A stretch of DNA of 64,000 nt from an uncultured Acidobacteriaceae bacterium (GCA_963816335.1 CAWFKA010000009.1:360392-424391); one strand, 5' to 3'; shown: positions 31,507-42,990, counted from the stretch's first letter. Notes: generated from the sequence alone by a model not told the origin. Translations and numbers: made by a program.

Positions 31507-31747
31507 CCAAGACATAGGGCAGTCGCTGCGACCGGTCCTTCGCACGAACGAAAACGACAGTGTCGGCTTACTGCCCGATTCCACCTAGCCCCGTCGTCTC
31601 CGGCGCCAAATCACTCAGAACTAGACCAAAGGGATATCGCGGCCGATGCATTCGTGGTGTCAGCTGTGCCCCTGCGCTTATCTTCACGGGAGAAGACGCG
31701 AATCTCCAGGGAACATGTGCGCAAGCAACTGAGTTTCCGTGTTTCGC

Positions 31748-33344
31748 CTATCGGAGGCACTGTTGATTGCCTGCCGAGGGCATCTCGAGGAATGTAATGG
31801 TCAAGGGCGGGAATTTGTTTGTGCCCGGCTTCAATGCTTCTCCATGGATCGACGGAACCGTTCCATCCGGGCCTGCCCTCAATTCCTTGCCATTGAGTAG
31901 CACGGCTTGGCCGAAAATATCAGGCGACGAAAGGCTGTACCGTTCTCCGGCGACCGGCAGTTTGAGCAATGCTTCGGAAGTCTTGTCCATGTTAAGAACC
32001 ATGAGAGTCACTCCGCCGTTTGAATCTTTCATGCACTGTGCGTAGATGCGGACATTCTTTGCCGGCACAACCCCAGGGTCCAGAGACCGAGTTCCCATGG
32101 TGCGCTTCCACAGAAGAGCAGCCCAGTAGTTGGGGCGCGGTTCCAGGGTTTCCTCGTCGAGCATGCCATAGTCACTGCTCGCCAGCGTGTTGTACATGAT
32201 CGTCTTGACGCTTCTTTGTGCAAGAGCGCCGAACTGGTCTAGCAAGCGGAAGCTGTCGGCAAATTGGGCAGCCCAGGTATCGCCGCCGCATGATCCTTCG
32301 CCGGTTTCGGTGAGCCAGAGATTCTTGCCCGGAAGGTAGGCGTCACGCTCGTTCGCGTAGAAGTTGTAGACGGTCAGGTCGCGGTCCAGCCACTCAGAGG
32401 TGAGCAGCTGTTTGGCGATCAGCGCCGCTCTCTCCCAGGCAGCGATGCGACGGCATGGAATAGAAGTGATAGGAGAAGGCATCGAAGATCGGGCCCGTGG
32501 CCTTCATCAAGTCGTCGGTAGAAACAATCTCAAAACGCCGTCCGCCCGGCATTGACGGAAGTGGAAGCCCTTCGGCCGCGCTACCCGGTCCCAGGTAGAT
32601 TGTCGTCGGAGACTCGCGACGCAGGAAAGCGTCGAAGATCTTTGCGTCTCGGCCGAAGCTGGCGGCATCGTAGCCCTTCGGCACACCGCCGAAGCTGAGC
32701 AGAGTGGGTTCGTTCATGAACTCTATCGCCGCTATATGACCACCGATTTGTTTCGTGTAGTCGAGCCATGGTTTGGCTTGTACAGCGGTCCAGACTCCGT
32801 TCGCATCACGAGTTCCCGCGCTCGTCGCGACCGAAGCAACAATTTCGGCATTGACGGCCTTCGCAAAGTCGACGACCCCCTTCCACTCGGCGCGCGTGAG
32901 GACGCCGTTGAAGCCTTCCGGCGGACTCTTTAGCGGCGGATCGTCGTTGTTCTGGAAGTAGGTGGCATTGCGCCATGTGCCGCTGACGCGAACGTACGCT
33001 GGACCGAGCGCGGCAGCGAGTTTGCGAAGCTTCGGGTTCGAGAGATCGATGGGCGGACGGTACTGGAACAGGCTGCTATCGAGACCAGCAGGCTGATTGC
33101 CGGAATGCTTGTCGGAGCTAGCGGCAGCAGCTTTTTGTGCTGCGGATTTGTATGGCGCCCAGAACCGCCCACCGGTCACCTCAACGGCCTCCACATTGTA
33201 GGAGACGAAACGGGGATCGACTTCGCCGAGAACTTTCATACTCTGCGGCGAGACGGTCATTTGGGCGGTTGCCGACTGAACGCAGTTGATCGTGAGTGCG
33301 CCACCTGCTACCAATACCGAAGATAGGGCTGAAAAGGACTTCAT
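31748..33344 (-). pseudogene. second GH79 (beta-glucuronidase-like) copy, split by a frameshift near 32440-32470
   Basis: The N-terminal ORF (32394..33344, signal peptide, FMNEPT) and the C-terminal ORF (31748..32482, WLTETGEGSCGGDTWA) are collinear with the intact GH79 at 9711-11312 but lie in different frames. Confidence 0.75.
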
Positions 33345-33657
33345 CGTGACCGTCCTGACTTGTGGAAGGACGGTTGAGAAGCGTACCGCCTGGTTTTGGA
33401 GTTACTGCTGCCCATCCTTTGTATTAGACGCCTTCTCGGCGCGGCCGCGAAATGCTTTGCGTGGAAAAAAACCGCGAAAGCTGCCTGTTTTGCGTCCAGC
33501 GCATTGGCGAAAGTTGTTGAATTCACTCTCAATTCAGTAGACACCTGCGGCAAAAAAACCTAAGCTCCCGCACGACGTTTTGTTCTGCCCGCCGGCACTC
33601 AAAAAAACGCCATGAAATTTCGGCCCGCAAACCTTCACCATCCTCCGGAAAGGAAGA

Positions 33658-36210
33658 ATGGCCATGCTCACTCAGAGACTTTTAATCAACGCAACTATTT
33701 CACAACGCGCCGGAAATTTCTTACGGCAGATTTCAGCGTCTGGGCTTCTCACCCTGTTGGCCATTGGAATCAGCCACGCATCCGTCGCAACGCGATTCGT
33801 GCCATTCAATAATTTCCAAAGCGGTGGATCTCCGACTTACACCGTCTCCGGCGACTTCAACATGGACGGCAAACTCGACCTGATTGCGAGCAACTCCAAC
33901 GGAATTATCAGCTTCCTTGCCGGCAACGGTAAGGGCGGATTCGCAGCGCCCGTGACAATCACGCAGCCCAACTCTACCGCAGCCCAGATTGCCGTCGGCG
34001 ATTTCAACTTCGACGGCAAACCGGACATCCTTTATCTGCCGCTTCCCGGTACGAGGGTCTACTTGCTGCGCGGCAATGGCGACGGCACCTTCCAGGCGGC
34101 AACCAGTTTTCCCGATGGAACCCACCACGCCTCGCTATCTGCAAACGATAAGATGGCCGCCGCAGATGTAAATGGCGATGGCAAGCCTGACGTGATTCTC
34201 TACACTACGACAGGCATCAACGTTTTACTGAACAACGGGTCAGGAGTTTTCGGCACGGCGATTCACACCAACACAACTACATTTGCGAAGGGCGTCTTCT
34301 TCACCACCAGCGATTTCAATAACGACGGCAGACTGGACATTGCGCTCGCCGACTATCAGGGAGACCTGCAGGTGCTGCGGGGCCACGGCGACGGGACATT
34401 CACTGCGCTCGCTCCCGTACCCGGGGATCCGTTCAATCAAACATCCTTTATTCAGTGTGTAGCCGCGGACGTCGACGGCAACGGCAATGTCGACTTGATC
34501 CTTGCCCAGGCCGGCGACAACTACCCCGACGGATTAGGAAGCGGCGGCTTCAACATCGCTCTCGGCAACGGTGACGGCTCTTTCTCATCCATTCTCGGCT
34601 CATCGCATACCGCTTCTTATTTCGTAGCCGGCATCGCGGTGGCCGATCTCGACGGCAACGGCACGCCCGACATACTCACCCTCAATTCCAATGCAACCAG
34701 TGTCGGTTCTAAATCGATTGCGGTGTTCCCCAACAACGCGGGTAATTTCCCCGCCCATACCAGCTTCGCGGTGAACCGCATCCCGGCCACGCTTACCATC
34801 GGCGACTTCAACGGCGATGGCAGGCTGGACGTCGCGTCCGGAGAATCCGCCGGCGTCTCCATGCTGCTCAATCTCGGCGCTGCAGCTCTGCGTGCTCCCA
34901 TCACTGCGGATGCCGAGGAATATGGTACCGGTGGTATAACTACTGACCTGAATAAGGACGGACTTGCGGACATCGTGGTCCTTGCCGATGCTCAGCAGTT
35001 CCATGTCCCTTTCGGTCAAGTCACGGCCTTCCTCGGTAATCTCAACACAAAATTTGGCTTCACCACGATCCTGTCAGGCCTGCAGGGACCGTCCTTGCTG
35101 GCGGCTGCCAACTTCAATGGAGATGGATTTAACGATGTATGTGACGTCAGCGGAGATCAACTTGAAGTCGTCTTCTATACGTCGCCCGGCGGATTCGGTA
35201 ACACCTCGGCTCCCGTCACCCTGCCTGCCTATCCAAATGCTCTTGCCGCCGGAAGTTTCAACCCTGGACAGAAAGGCGACTTCGCCGACATCGCGTTCAC
35301 TGACGGCCTCAGTCTCTATGTGATGTTGGAGACCGGAGTCGCAACATTCGCCCCCGCCACTGTCTATGCGGTCGGATCGAACCCGGTAGCAGTCGTCACT
35401 CGCGACATGAACGGCGATGGAAAAACCGACCTCATCGTCGTCAATCATGACAGTGACAACGTCAGTATTCTTCTCGGCAAAGGAGACGGCTCCTTCATGC
35501 CCGCGGTGAACTATGCCGCCGGCACTGCTCCCACCGTCGTCACCACCGGTGATTTCAATCGCGACAACAAAATCGACCTCGCCGTGGCCAACGGAACCAA
35601 TGTCGCTATCCTGCTCGGCAATGGCGACGGCACCTTTCAGGCGTACAGCAATTTCCCCGCGACCCTGGCGGGGGCAACGTCCATTTCTCAGGAGTCGTTT
35701 GAAGTGCCAGGCATCGAAGACATCGTCGTTGCTGGCGGACTCGCTTTCTACATTCTCCCCGGCAAGGGCGATGGCACTTTCCAGGCGCCCGTTAGGCTCT
35801 GGGGCGGCTCTTCATTTAAATCCGATGTCGTCACCGGCGACTTCAATGGAGACGGCGCTCCCGACATAGCGCTGTATTCTCCGCAAAGCATGGGCACCGT
35901 TGTCTTCTACAACCATGGCGGCGTGCACGTCGGGTTGAAGAGTTCCATCAATCCTTCACATGTTGGCAGCTCCGTCACGTTTACCACGACTGTCACTCCC
36001 AGCTTCCGAGGGACCGCAACGCCAACCGGCACTGTCGTCTTCAAAGATGGATCAACGGTTCTCGCCTCCGTCGCACTCAGCGCCACACAGGCTTCCTTCA
36101 CAACCAGTCAACTCGGTCTGGGAACGCACTCCATTACAGCCGAGTATTCCGGATCAGCAACCTCCAGGGCCACTAAATCCCCCGCTCTGTCGCAAAGCGT
36201 CGTACCCTAG
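33658..36210 (+). CDS. FG-GAP/VCBS repeat protein with C-terminal bacterial Ig-like domain
   Basis: Many repeats of GDFNxDGxxDL plus GNGDGTF, and a C-terminal GTHSITAEYSGS Ig-like motif. The ATG has a good SD (GGAAAGGAAG). Confidence 0.85.
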   Translation: MAMLTQRLLINATISQRAGNFLRQISASGLLTLLAIGISHASVATRFVPFNNFQSGGSPTYTVSGDFNMDGKLDLIASNSNGIISFLAGNGKGGFAAPVTITQPNSTAAQIAVGDFNFDGKPDILYLPLPGTRVYLLRGNGDGTFQAATSFPDGTHHASLSANDKMAAADVNGDGKPDVILYTTTGINVLLNNGSGVFGTAIHTNTTTFAKGVFFTTSDFNNDGRLDIALADYQGDLQVLRGHGDGTFTALAPVPGDPFNQTSFIQCVAADVDGNGNVDLILAQAGDNYPDGLGSGGFNIALGNGDGSFSSILGSSHTASYFVAGIAVADLDGNGTPDILTLNSNATSVGSKSIAVFPNNAGNFPAHTSFAVNRIPATLTIGDFNGDGRLDVASGESAGVSMLLNLGAAALRAPITADAEEYGTGGITTDLNKDGLADIVVLADAQQFHVPFGQVTAFLGNLNTKFGFTTILSGLQGPSLLAAANFNGDGFNDVCDVSGDQLEVVFYTSPGGFGNTSAPVTLPAYPNALAAGSFNPGQKGDFADIAFTDGLSLYVMLETGVATFAPATVYAVGSNPVAVVTRDMNGDGKTDLIVVNHDSDNVSILLGKGDGSFMPAVNYAAGTAPTVVTTGDFNRDNKIDLAVANGTNVAILLGNGDGTFQAYSNFPATLAGATSISQESFEVPGIEDIVVAGGLAFYILPGKGDGTFQAPVRLWGGSSFKSDVVTGDFNGDGAPDIALYSPQSMGTVVFYNHGGVHVGLKSSINPSHVGSSVTFTTTVTPSFRGTATPTGTVVFKDGSTVLASVALSATQASFTTSQLGLGTHSITAEYSGSATSRATKSPALSQSVVP

Positions 36211-36223
36211 TTGACTCGCTCAT

Positions 36224-36268
36224 AAATGGCCCGGAGAGTCTAAAACTCTTCGGGCCATTTCTTTGCTT
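36224..36268 (+). terminator. Rho-independent terminator after the FG-GAP gene
   Basis: AAATGGCCCGGAGAG-loop-CTCTTCGGGCCATTT followed by a T-rich tract (TTTCTTTGCTT), 14 nt after the stop. Confidence 0.6.
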
Positions 36269-36349
36269 CCGCTTCAGAAGCTAGTCATGCTCATTTTCCA
36301 GAAGCAGGAAATTCCCCAACGCCTCCGCTGACCAATTCAACAGTTATGA

Positions 36350-36457
36350 AGCCTCTCTTCAAGTCGCGAACAAGTTCGGTCAATTCGGGCAATTGCGGCT
36401 GATCTGGGCATAGGTCCTGATACGGTTCACAAACTGGTGAAGCACCAGGACGAGTAA
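36350..36457 (+). pseudogene. remnant of a C-terminal HTH of recombinase/transposase type
   Basis: The 35-aa open frame ends ...REQVRSIRAIAADLGIGPDTVHKLVKHQDE*. No upstream catalytic domain remains. Confidence 0.25.
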
Positions 36458-37138
36458 GTGATGACACGAAAATTACGAAAAAGAATAGATCAAAGGACAC
36501 GGTCTGCTTCCACAACAATCTTGATGTTGGCCGCTCTCATATGGAGCATATAGCTGCCAATGTGATCAGGAACGTCTACCGGTTTTTCGCCTTCACCACA
36601 ATCCAGAGTCGCGCATGGTTACGACCCGGGCGGGAATGTTGTCGTTGCATCCTTTGCACCGAATGCAGAAGTCGCTGATCCCGGGTTTGGGCTGGTTCCA
36701 CACGAGAACAGTATAGGCGCGCTTGCTCGAAGAGTTTGGGATCAGTTGCGAGGGCGTGTATCAAGTCCGCGCTGATAACGGACAGGAGAACGCAAGACCG
36801 TTTCGCATCTACCATTGTCATTGCTGCTTCCATCATTTCGGCTGTTTCGCTTGGCACGCGAGCCTGACATTAGTTGACCCTCAACCCGGCTGACATCATT
36901 GCGCCCGCGACTTAAAAGGGGGACGACAAACAGTGAATACAGCGCCCTTTTTCTCATCGTAACGTTTGACTCTTGCTCTGCACAATGATATCGTCGTGCG
37001 CGCCACGTGAGTTTAGGTAAACCCGAGGCACTCAATCAACGGCTGCTGAGTCTAAAAAACGGTTCGAGCTTCAATCCTCCGGGGACAGCTAGTAATTTTC
37101 GACATCGCTCCAACGATGTCCGAACGAGGAGAGAATCA

Positions 37139-39060
37139 TTGAAGACCCTCTTGCATCTCAGAAATCTTTCTACTGTTATCCTGTGCATGCTCGCCGCCGC
37201 TGCGGCCCGTTCTCAGCAGGAACAAACAACGATTACGCCGCCCGCGAAATCCGCCACAGATTCCGATTGGGAAAGAATGCGCGAGGGGATGAGAATAGCT
37301 ACGCCAATGCCCCCTGCAAATGTCTACCGACCCGACACGGCAACGCCTTCAGAAGGCATGTTCAGCTATGACATCCGGTCGCGGCAGTCTTTCCATGTGT
37401 CATCTGGAACTCCAGAGCTTCAGCCGAACAGTCTCGTGATCGAAAAAGAAAATCCCGGAACACTTCCCGAATCAGCGGATGTGGATGGATCCACCGCTTT
37501 TAAAGCAGGCCTCGCTGGACAGTCAGACGTCGGCAAAACGGCGTCGAATGTCCTTACTCGTACCAACATCACGCCTACCCCTCCGGGCAGAGTTATTCGG
37601 CCCTACACTTTTCCGACGAGAACAGAATTTCGATTGCTCGTGCGGTTCAAGAATCCCGGGGGGCGGACAGTTATCATTATTGCAGCGCCTCATCCGTGTC
37701 AGACTTTCATTTGCTTACGTCAGGCAGCTGCCTCTATAGGCATTCGGCGAAAGGAGACGGATTTGCGGCTGAGATTTGGGCCTGGCCTGCGGAGACCGAC
37801 GTCGTCTTTCCTGCGGAGAACGCCGACCAGTTTCCTATTGATTATGGATTCTGGCCAGACTTTCCCTACGGCGTTGCCAAGGCGACCAGGCAAACTGTCT
37901 ATAACGCCTGGAAAGACACTTCTGACGAGAACTGGGACATTGGGTTTATCACCCTGGATAGACGAATTGGACACCGCGTTGGGTGGATGGGGCGCGAATT
38001 GGAACCAAATCCATCCTCTCTCCATTTGAGCGGCTATCCATTCGACAATTGGATCGAACAACCAGACCTAATCGACAATCCTTTTCAATATGATAGTTTC
38101 GATCCGGGAAATGTCTCCTCTTCCACCTGCTGTCGCATTGCCATGGATGCAATCACTTATCATGGCGAGCTAGGCGGCGGTGCCTGGAGATATACCGGGA
38201 CTGACCACGTTCTTCAGGGGGTCATCTCCGGTGTCTCACACAATCCGCCCCACTCTGGAATTACCCGAATCACGTCGCAGGTCAACAGCGATTTGAGCAG
38301 AAGGATCAGCGACGACCAGGCAGAAATACCTCCAGTAGACCGCGCGGAGCTGATTGAATACGTCTTCGACAACTCCTCAAAAGCCCTCATCACCGACAAC
38401 GTCTTCGTCGGGGACAAGATGAAGATCAAGGTGAACGCTTACGATGTGGGCTCCCTACCCTCAGTAGGAACAAAGGCGGCAATCTACCTCCTGCGTGCAA
38501 ATGTGGTACCGGTTGCACCGCCAATTCCAACGAGTAAGAATCTAACAAACAAAGGGATTCTTATTGGAACGATTGATCTCGGCACACTGGGTGCAAACAA
38601 ATTCACTGTCCAGACCCATTCCATTACGATCCCGCACGACCTGCCATTGGGTTACTACTATGTTGGATGGGAGCTGCAAAGTTCCACGCCTCAATACGGA
38701 GGCGACATAAAAGTTGCGCTTCTTAAGGGAATCCTCATAGCGAATGGATTGACCTCTATAGTGCTGGCCGATGTCGCCATTGAGGGGGGCACGTCTACTT
38801 TCTCTACGGTATTTTTTTCTAACATCGTGCCGGAGGCAGTTGACGTTGCATTGTCCAGCGATAATCCGGCAGCGCACGTACCCATGTCTGTGCATTTCAC
38901 CAAGAACGCTTATAAAGCGAGTTTTGACGTCAAGACGATGCCGGTATCAAGCGAGACAACCGCTACCATCACTGCGACGTATGGAAGCTTAACTAAGACG
39001 GTCGAACTTACCATTCTGCCGGCACCATCCGCGAAACCAACGGCTGCGATAGCTCCGTGA
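37139..39060 (+). pseudogene. secreted trypsin-like (S1) domain protein lacking catalytic His and Ser, interrupted at a G6 tract
   Basis: TTG start after GAGGAGAG, with a signal peptide. CSASSVSDFHLLTSGSCLY corresponds to the TAGHC motif with His replaced by Ser. WDIGFITLD retains the Asp. HGELGGGAW corresponds to GDSGGP with Ser replaced by Leu. Reading G6 at 37658-37663 as G7 fuses ORFs 37007.. and 37696.. into one 640-aa frame. Confidence 0.6.
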
Positions 39061-39580
39061 ACAGCCCTTGGCCTTGTTCTTCTGCGGAAACGCGTCGATA
39101 CCCGCGCTTGCTTCTTGCTATTTGGGATTGAAAGGGCAATTCACTCGCAGGGATTGCGCCGCGACCATCGGCCTTGGTAGACGCCGGCTCACCGAACTCC
39201 TCTAGGAACCTGTTGAAATTGGCCGCAACACCGCAGGGTTCTTGAGGATTTGGGAAGTTTGCGTGTTGGCGTCTGTTTGAATCGGGTGTTTGGGCAGTAT
39301 GGCCAACTCAGCACATCACTATATCTATGTGCGCTGAGGCCGAAGAAGGTCACTTGTCGCGTCGGTAGATTGTCTAACGCTGATGGATTACGAAACGCGA
39401 AGGGCTCAGCAAAGGCTGCGTGAGGAAAAGACTTTGCCACCGCTTTTCGATGCGCTAGAGTTCGAATAGACCGAAGGCTTGTTGCGTCTCTCTAGATCAG
39501 AGGAGAAGTTTGCCCTTTGACTAGTAAGAGATCAATTTGGATAGAACTGTGGTCGCTGCACTCGATTTGGAAAGGAAACT

Positions 39581-39723
39581 ATGCTGATCATCCTCATAAT
39601 TCTGTAGTTGTATTCGGTTTTGGCGGCTATCGACTCGGACCAGGACTAGGGTACTACGGCGGCGGTGGGATTAGTTTGATCCTGCTTATCGTGATTATCC
39701 TGCTGCTTTTGAAGGTGATCTAG
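39581..39723 (+). pseudogene. DUF3309-like small hydrophobic protein, frameshifted after codon 8
   Basis: The ATG at 39581 after AAAGGAAA gives MLIILIIL then a stop. The next frame continues VVVFGFGGYRLGPGLGYYGGGGISLILLIVIILLLLKVI. Confidence 0.4.
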
Positions 39724-40025
39724 GAATTCCCACTACTGCGACGATAGCCTGAAGACAACTGAGAACAACGTCTGTTGACAAGTGCTAACAAATGTTATCC
39801 CTTCGAGTCCAGCAACGGTGGGGCAGGGACGTATATTTTTTCGCTATTGTTGACAACAGTCGAACCGACACATAGGCTCCTGCCGATTTTAAAACCAATG
39901 CAAGCGAAAACCCTCCAAACGCCCGTCTTCATTGGCTGAAACCTTTCTAATCGAAGCCAGAATGATGTCATGGTTGCGGTCAAACCCTATTTCTGTTGAT
40001 GTTTAACTCTGAGATCAGATCGATC

Positions 40026-40625
40026 GTAAGCGTACGCAGATCCCCTCTTGACGATAGGTGGAGTGTGTCATGAGGTGCCCACTTCTTTTTTTAGTGGGCA
40101 CCTCATGAGTGTGTCTAAGCAGCTTGAGAGGAGTGGGTTTTGAGTGAGGTGACGAGGTTCCACGGCAGGAGGTCGTCGATTCGGCTGACGGGAAAGCGTG
40201 CGAAGTTCTGATTTCGTATTCTCGTTGCCGCGCGAACAGGAACGCGAATCGCGCTTGATCGGAGAGTTCTTCTGTCATTTTGGCAGTCGCCACCGAAATA
40301 AACTTGCGGTAATGTTTTGGAATGACAGGCAATTTACAACTCAATTCAGCCCAACTGTTTGCCAAGTGGTTGTTAGAGGACTCTGGAACGCTCACGCCAG
40401 ACTTTTCGGTTTTACGTATCCACCGCGCGGAACCGCGTTTTCAGACGAAAAATTATTTTGCACGATTCAAAGTTGAGATCGCCCATCTCGATGGCAGTGG
40501 TATGAACCCCACGCAAGTTAGCTGCGTCGTCGTGGAGGTATCTGAAACCGATCAGAGCTCGGCGGCTGTCTCCGGAGTTCGCTGCGAGTCTATTAAGAGC
40601 CTCTAAAAATCTCACTATCAAGGCC
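40026..40625 (-). mobile_element. IS66-family transposase C-terminal remnant with terminal repeat end
   Basis: Reverse-strand fragments ANSGDSRRALIGFRYL..., CKLPVIPKHYRKF and FPVSRIDDLLPWNL* (IS66 C-terminal signature) lie in three frames. The element end GTAAGCG sits at 40026-40032. Confidence 0.55.
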
Positions 40626-41285
40626 TACACCCAGGTTTTTCCTCGATTTATTAAGTAACGATTCCAGATTCGAAACTTTTGCCGCTTGTGGTGTAAAAAG
40701 CCTGAACGCTTCTAATCATCAATTCTTACAATGCCTAAATGCGCCGAAATGCGTGTAAAACCGGCCAATCAAGGGTGGAAGATGCGGGTGGAGGTTGTCG
40801 CCCAAGATTCGTTTCCGCTCAAAAGAATGACCTGACTCGTGTAAACGAGCCTAACAAATGACTATCGGGCTTTGTAAGCGCGCTCCTTCGTCATGTAATC
40901 CGCGGTGGGCCCAGGCATCTCTCTCCGTTGGAGTAGGGTTAGAGTCTGGGCCCTTTTCCATTACCGTTCATTGATCATCAACAAAGACTAGAGAGTCGCG
41001 GACGCCGATGCGCAGGCATAAAGCCGAGGATGGCTTACTTTTTTACGAGCAAGCGGGATGGCTCCACAACCAACACGTCATCCGGATGACCGCGATCTTT
41101 CGCACAGAATCTCGCCGAGTTTTAGTCCACGATCGATGCCGATTTCGAAGAGATTGGAAGCAAAACGCAGAGGATGGCGCGGAGGAGGAAAACTAAGAAA
41201 AGCGGGTTGACTCACATGACGACGAAGAATAATTCGAAATCGCTGTTCCCTTCATCCAATTGACCGGCCACCTTTCCCGTCTCAT

Positions 41286-42245
41286 TCATGGCGCAGGCGG
41301 GCCCGTAGGCTCCCCCGCCCCCAGGCTGTACACGACATGCACCTGGGTATGGACGTCCACCGGTTGGCCACTCACCAGGAACGGCTTGTACTTCCAGCTT
41401 CCAACGGCATCCATCGCCGACTTTTGCAGCAGGGGCGGACCGCTGACTAAAATCATATCCTCGATTTCGCCGGTCTTCGAGATCGTGACGTTGAGCACTA
41501 CCGTTCCGGAGATGTGCGCGGCCTTTGCGACTGCCGGATAAACAGGGTCCGTCTTAACCAATCGATTCGCCTCTGCGACGCCGGAAGAGAGCATAAGGTT
41601 CTGAACACCCGCCATTTTTCCTAATCCCGTTGCTCCCGTTGAATGAGCCGTATGGGTCATCATCGCCAGTGAGTAGCCCTCCTCGACGGTACATTCTGAA
41701 TGGGCATGAACGGGTTTACCCATGAAGTCAAGAGGTGGACCAGCGTATGGAACGGCGCTGGGAACTAATCTTTTTGTCGAGGCCATTTGAGAAGCTTCCA
41801 ACTTTTTCGCAGCCTCCGACCAATCCGGGATAAGGGCCGCACTGTCTCGACTCGGCAATAAGCAGAAGGTGACTTGGAGTGCTTTGATTGCTTCAGGCGT
41901 GAGAACGCAGGACGCTGTACACGACGGAGCTGTGCCGCACTCGGCCTCGAGATTAGTGCTCTTGCAAAGCTGGTACTTCTCGTAGTTTTCGACACAGGCC
42001 TTTGCGGGCTCAACACAAGAGGCTGCGAGCTTACGATTCATTTCGCCATACAGTCCCATTGCTTCTGGAGGATCTTTTACGGTCGGCTGCACTCTCCTCA
42101 TCGGACCGAAGTAAGTCGCACTACCACCGATTGCATAATGCAAAAGACAAGCCGTCCAGACATCGGGCGGCTTTGTAGTATGTTGCCGATGGCTTTTGCT
42201 ATCGCTACTTGCGATACAGACTGGTTCCTGTGACTCCAATCGCAA
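41286..42245 (-). CDS. TonB C-terminal domain protein with Cys-rich N-terminal region
   Basis: The C-terminal 80 aa (PVYPAVAKAAHISGTVVLNVTISKTGEIEDMILVSGPPLLQKSAMDAVGSWKYKPF) match the TonB_C fold pattern. No TM or Pro-rich spacer was recognised, and the start is uncertain. Confidence 0.55.
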   Translation of the reverse strand: MRLESQEPVCIASSDSKSHRQHTTKPPDVWTACLLHYAIGGSATYFGPMRRVQPTVKDPPEAMGLYGEMNRKLAASCVEPAKACVENYEKYQLCKSTNLEAECGTAPSCTASCVLTPEAIKALQVTFCLLPSRDSAALIPDWSEAAKKLEASQMASTKRLVPSAVPYAGPPLDFMGKPVHAHSECTVEEGYSLAMMTHTAHSTGATGLGKMAGVQNLMLSSGVAEANRLVKTDPVYPAVAKAAHISGTVVLNVTISKTGEIEDMILVSGPPLLQKSAMDAVGSWKYKPFLVSGQPVDVHTQVHVVYSLGAGEPTGPPAP

Positions 42246-42356
42246 CGCCTGCCGACGATTACTTTTATTAAAGCGAACTCCAAGGCCAAGGACTCAGTTC
42301 TCAGTCAGGTGTCCGGGATTCTCACCGTTACATTCACAACCGTAGTTCGTGGGGGC

Positions 42357-42743
42357 TCATAATCCCAAGGACTTCACTTGCTCCTCGGTTTCGTAGCCGA
42401 GCCAGTGTGCAACTTCGTGCCAGACCACGCGTTTCACTTCGGCATGCAAATCTCCTTTTGAACACCGCAGAATGGGGTCACGAAAAACAAATATCAAGTC
42501 GGGGGCATACTGCACTTGAGTGAATGACCGCTTGGTCCTAAATGTGCCGCTGTACAATCCCAATAACTCAGTTCCATCACGCCATTTCTCTCTGCTCGAT
42601 ATGTCCTCCAATACGTCCGCAGGAGGCTCGTCAACCACTTGGATGCCTGGGAAATCTGGCAGGTCCCTGATCTTCTGGGGCAGCGTGCTGTATGCCCACT
42701 CTACAATCTCCTCAAAGCTCTTGGGATTTGCGGCGTCGGCCAT
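42357..42743 (-). CDS. small zinc metallopeptidase family protein (DUF1025/zincin-like)
   Basis: 128 aa with the C-terminal HEVAHWLG HExxH motif, and size and layout typical of this family. Confidence 0.75.
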   Translation of the reverse strand: MADAANPKSFEEIVEWAYSTLPQKIRDLPDFPGIQVVDEPPADVLEDISSREKWRDGTELLGLYSGTFRTKRSFTQVQYAPDLIFVFRDPILRCSKGDLHAEVKRVVWHEVAHWLGYETEEQVKSLGL

Positions 42744-42990
42744 GACGCCAACTTTACTACCAGAATCACTCGCAAGGGGTTTGACCGATGTGTGAAATCA
42801 TGGGTGGAGATTGCGGGGTGGAGCGCTTCCGTTGCCCTTGTAAGTGTCTGAAATTAAACATATTACGAAGATGAGTTTCATCGAAGAGCTCAGCAACTTC
42901 AGTGCTGGCCTCGTAGTAAGCAAGAAAGACCGTTTTCCAGTGAAAGAGATACGTTCAAATGGGCGAGGACCTATTGCTTGGGGCTAAATT

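Noticed and set aside
40069-40107. 15-bp perfect hairpin as a Rho-independent terminator
   Set aside because: The T-run is in the loop, not after the stem, on either strand. It is kept only as an unexplained structure inside the IS66 end.
40874-40912. Second GTAAGCGCG motif as the terminus of another IS66 copy
   Set aside because: No transposase-like or TnpB-like coding remnant could be recognised next to it. A 7-9 nt match alone is insufficient.
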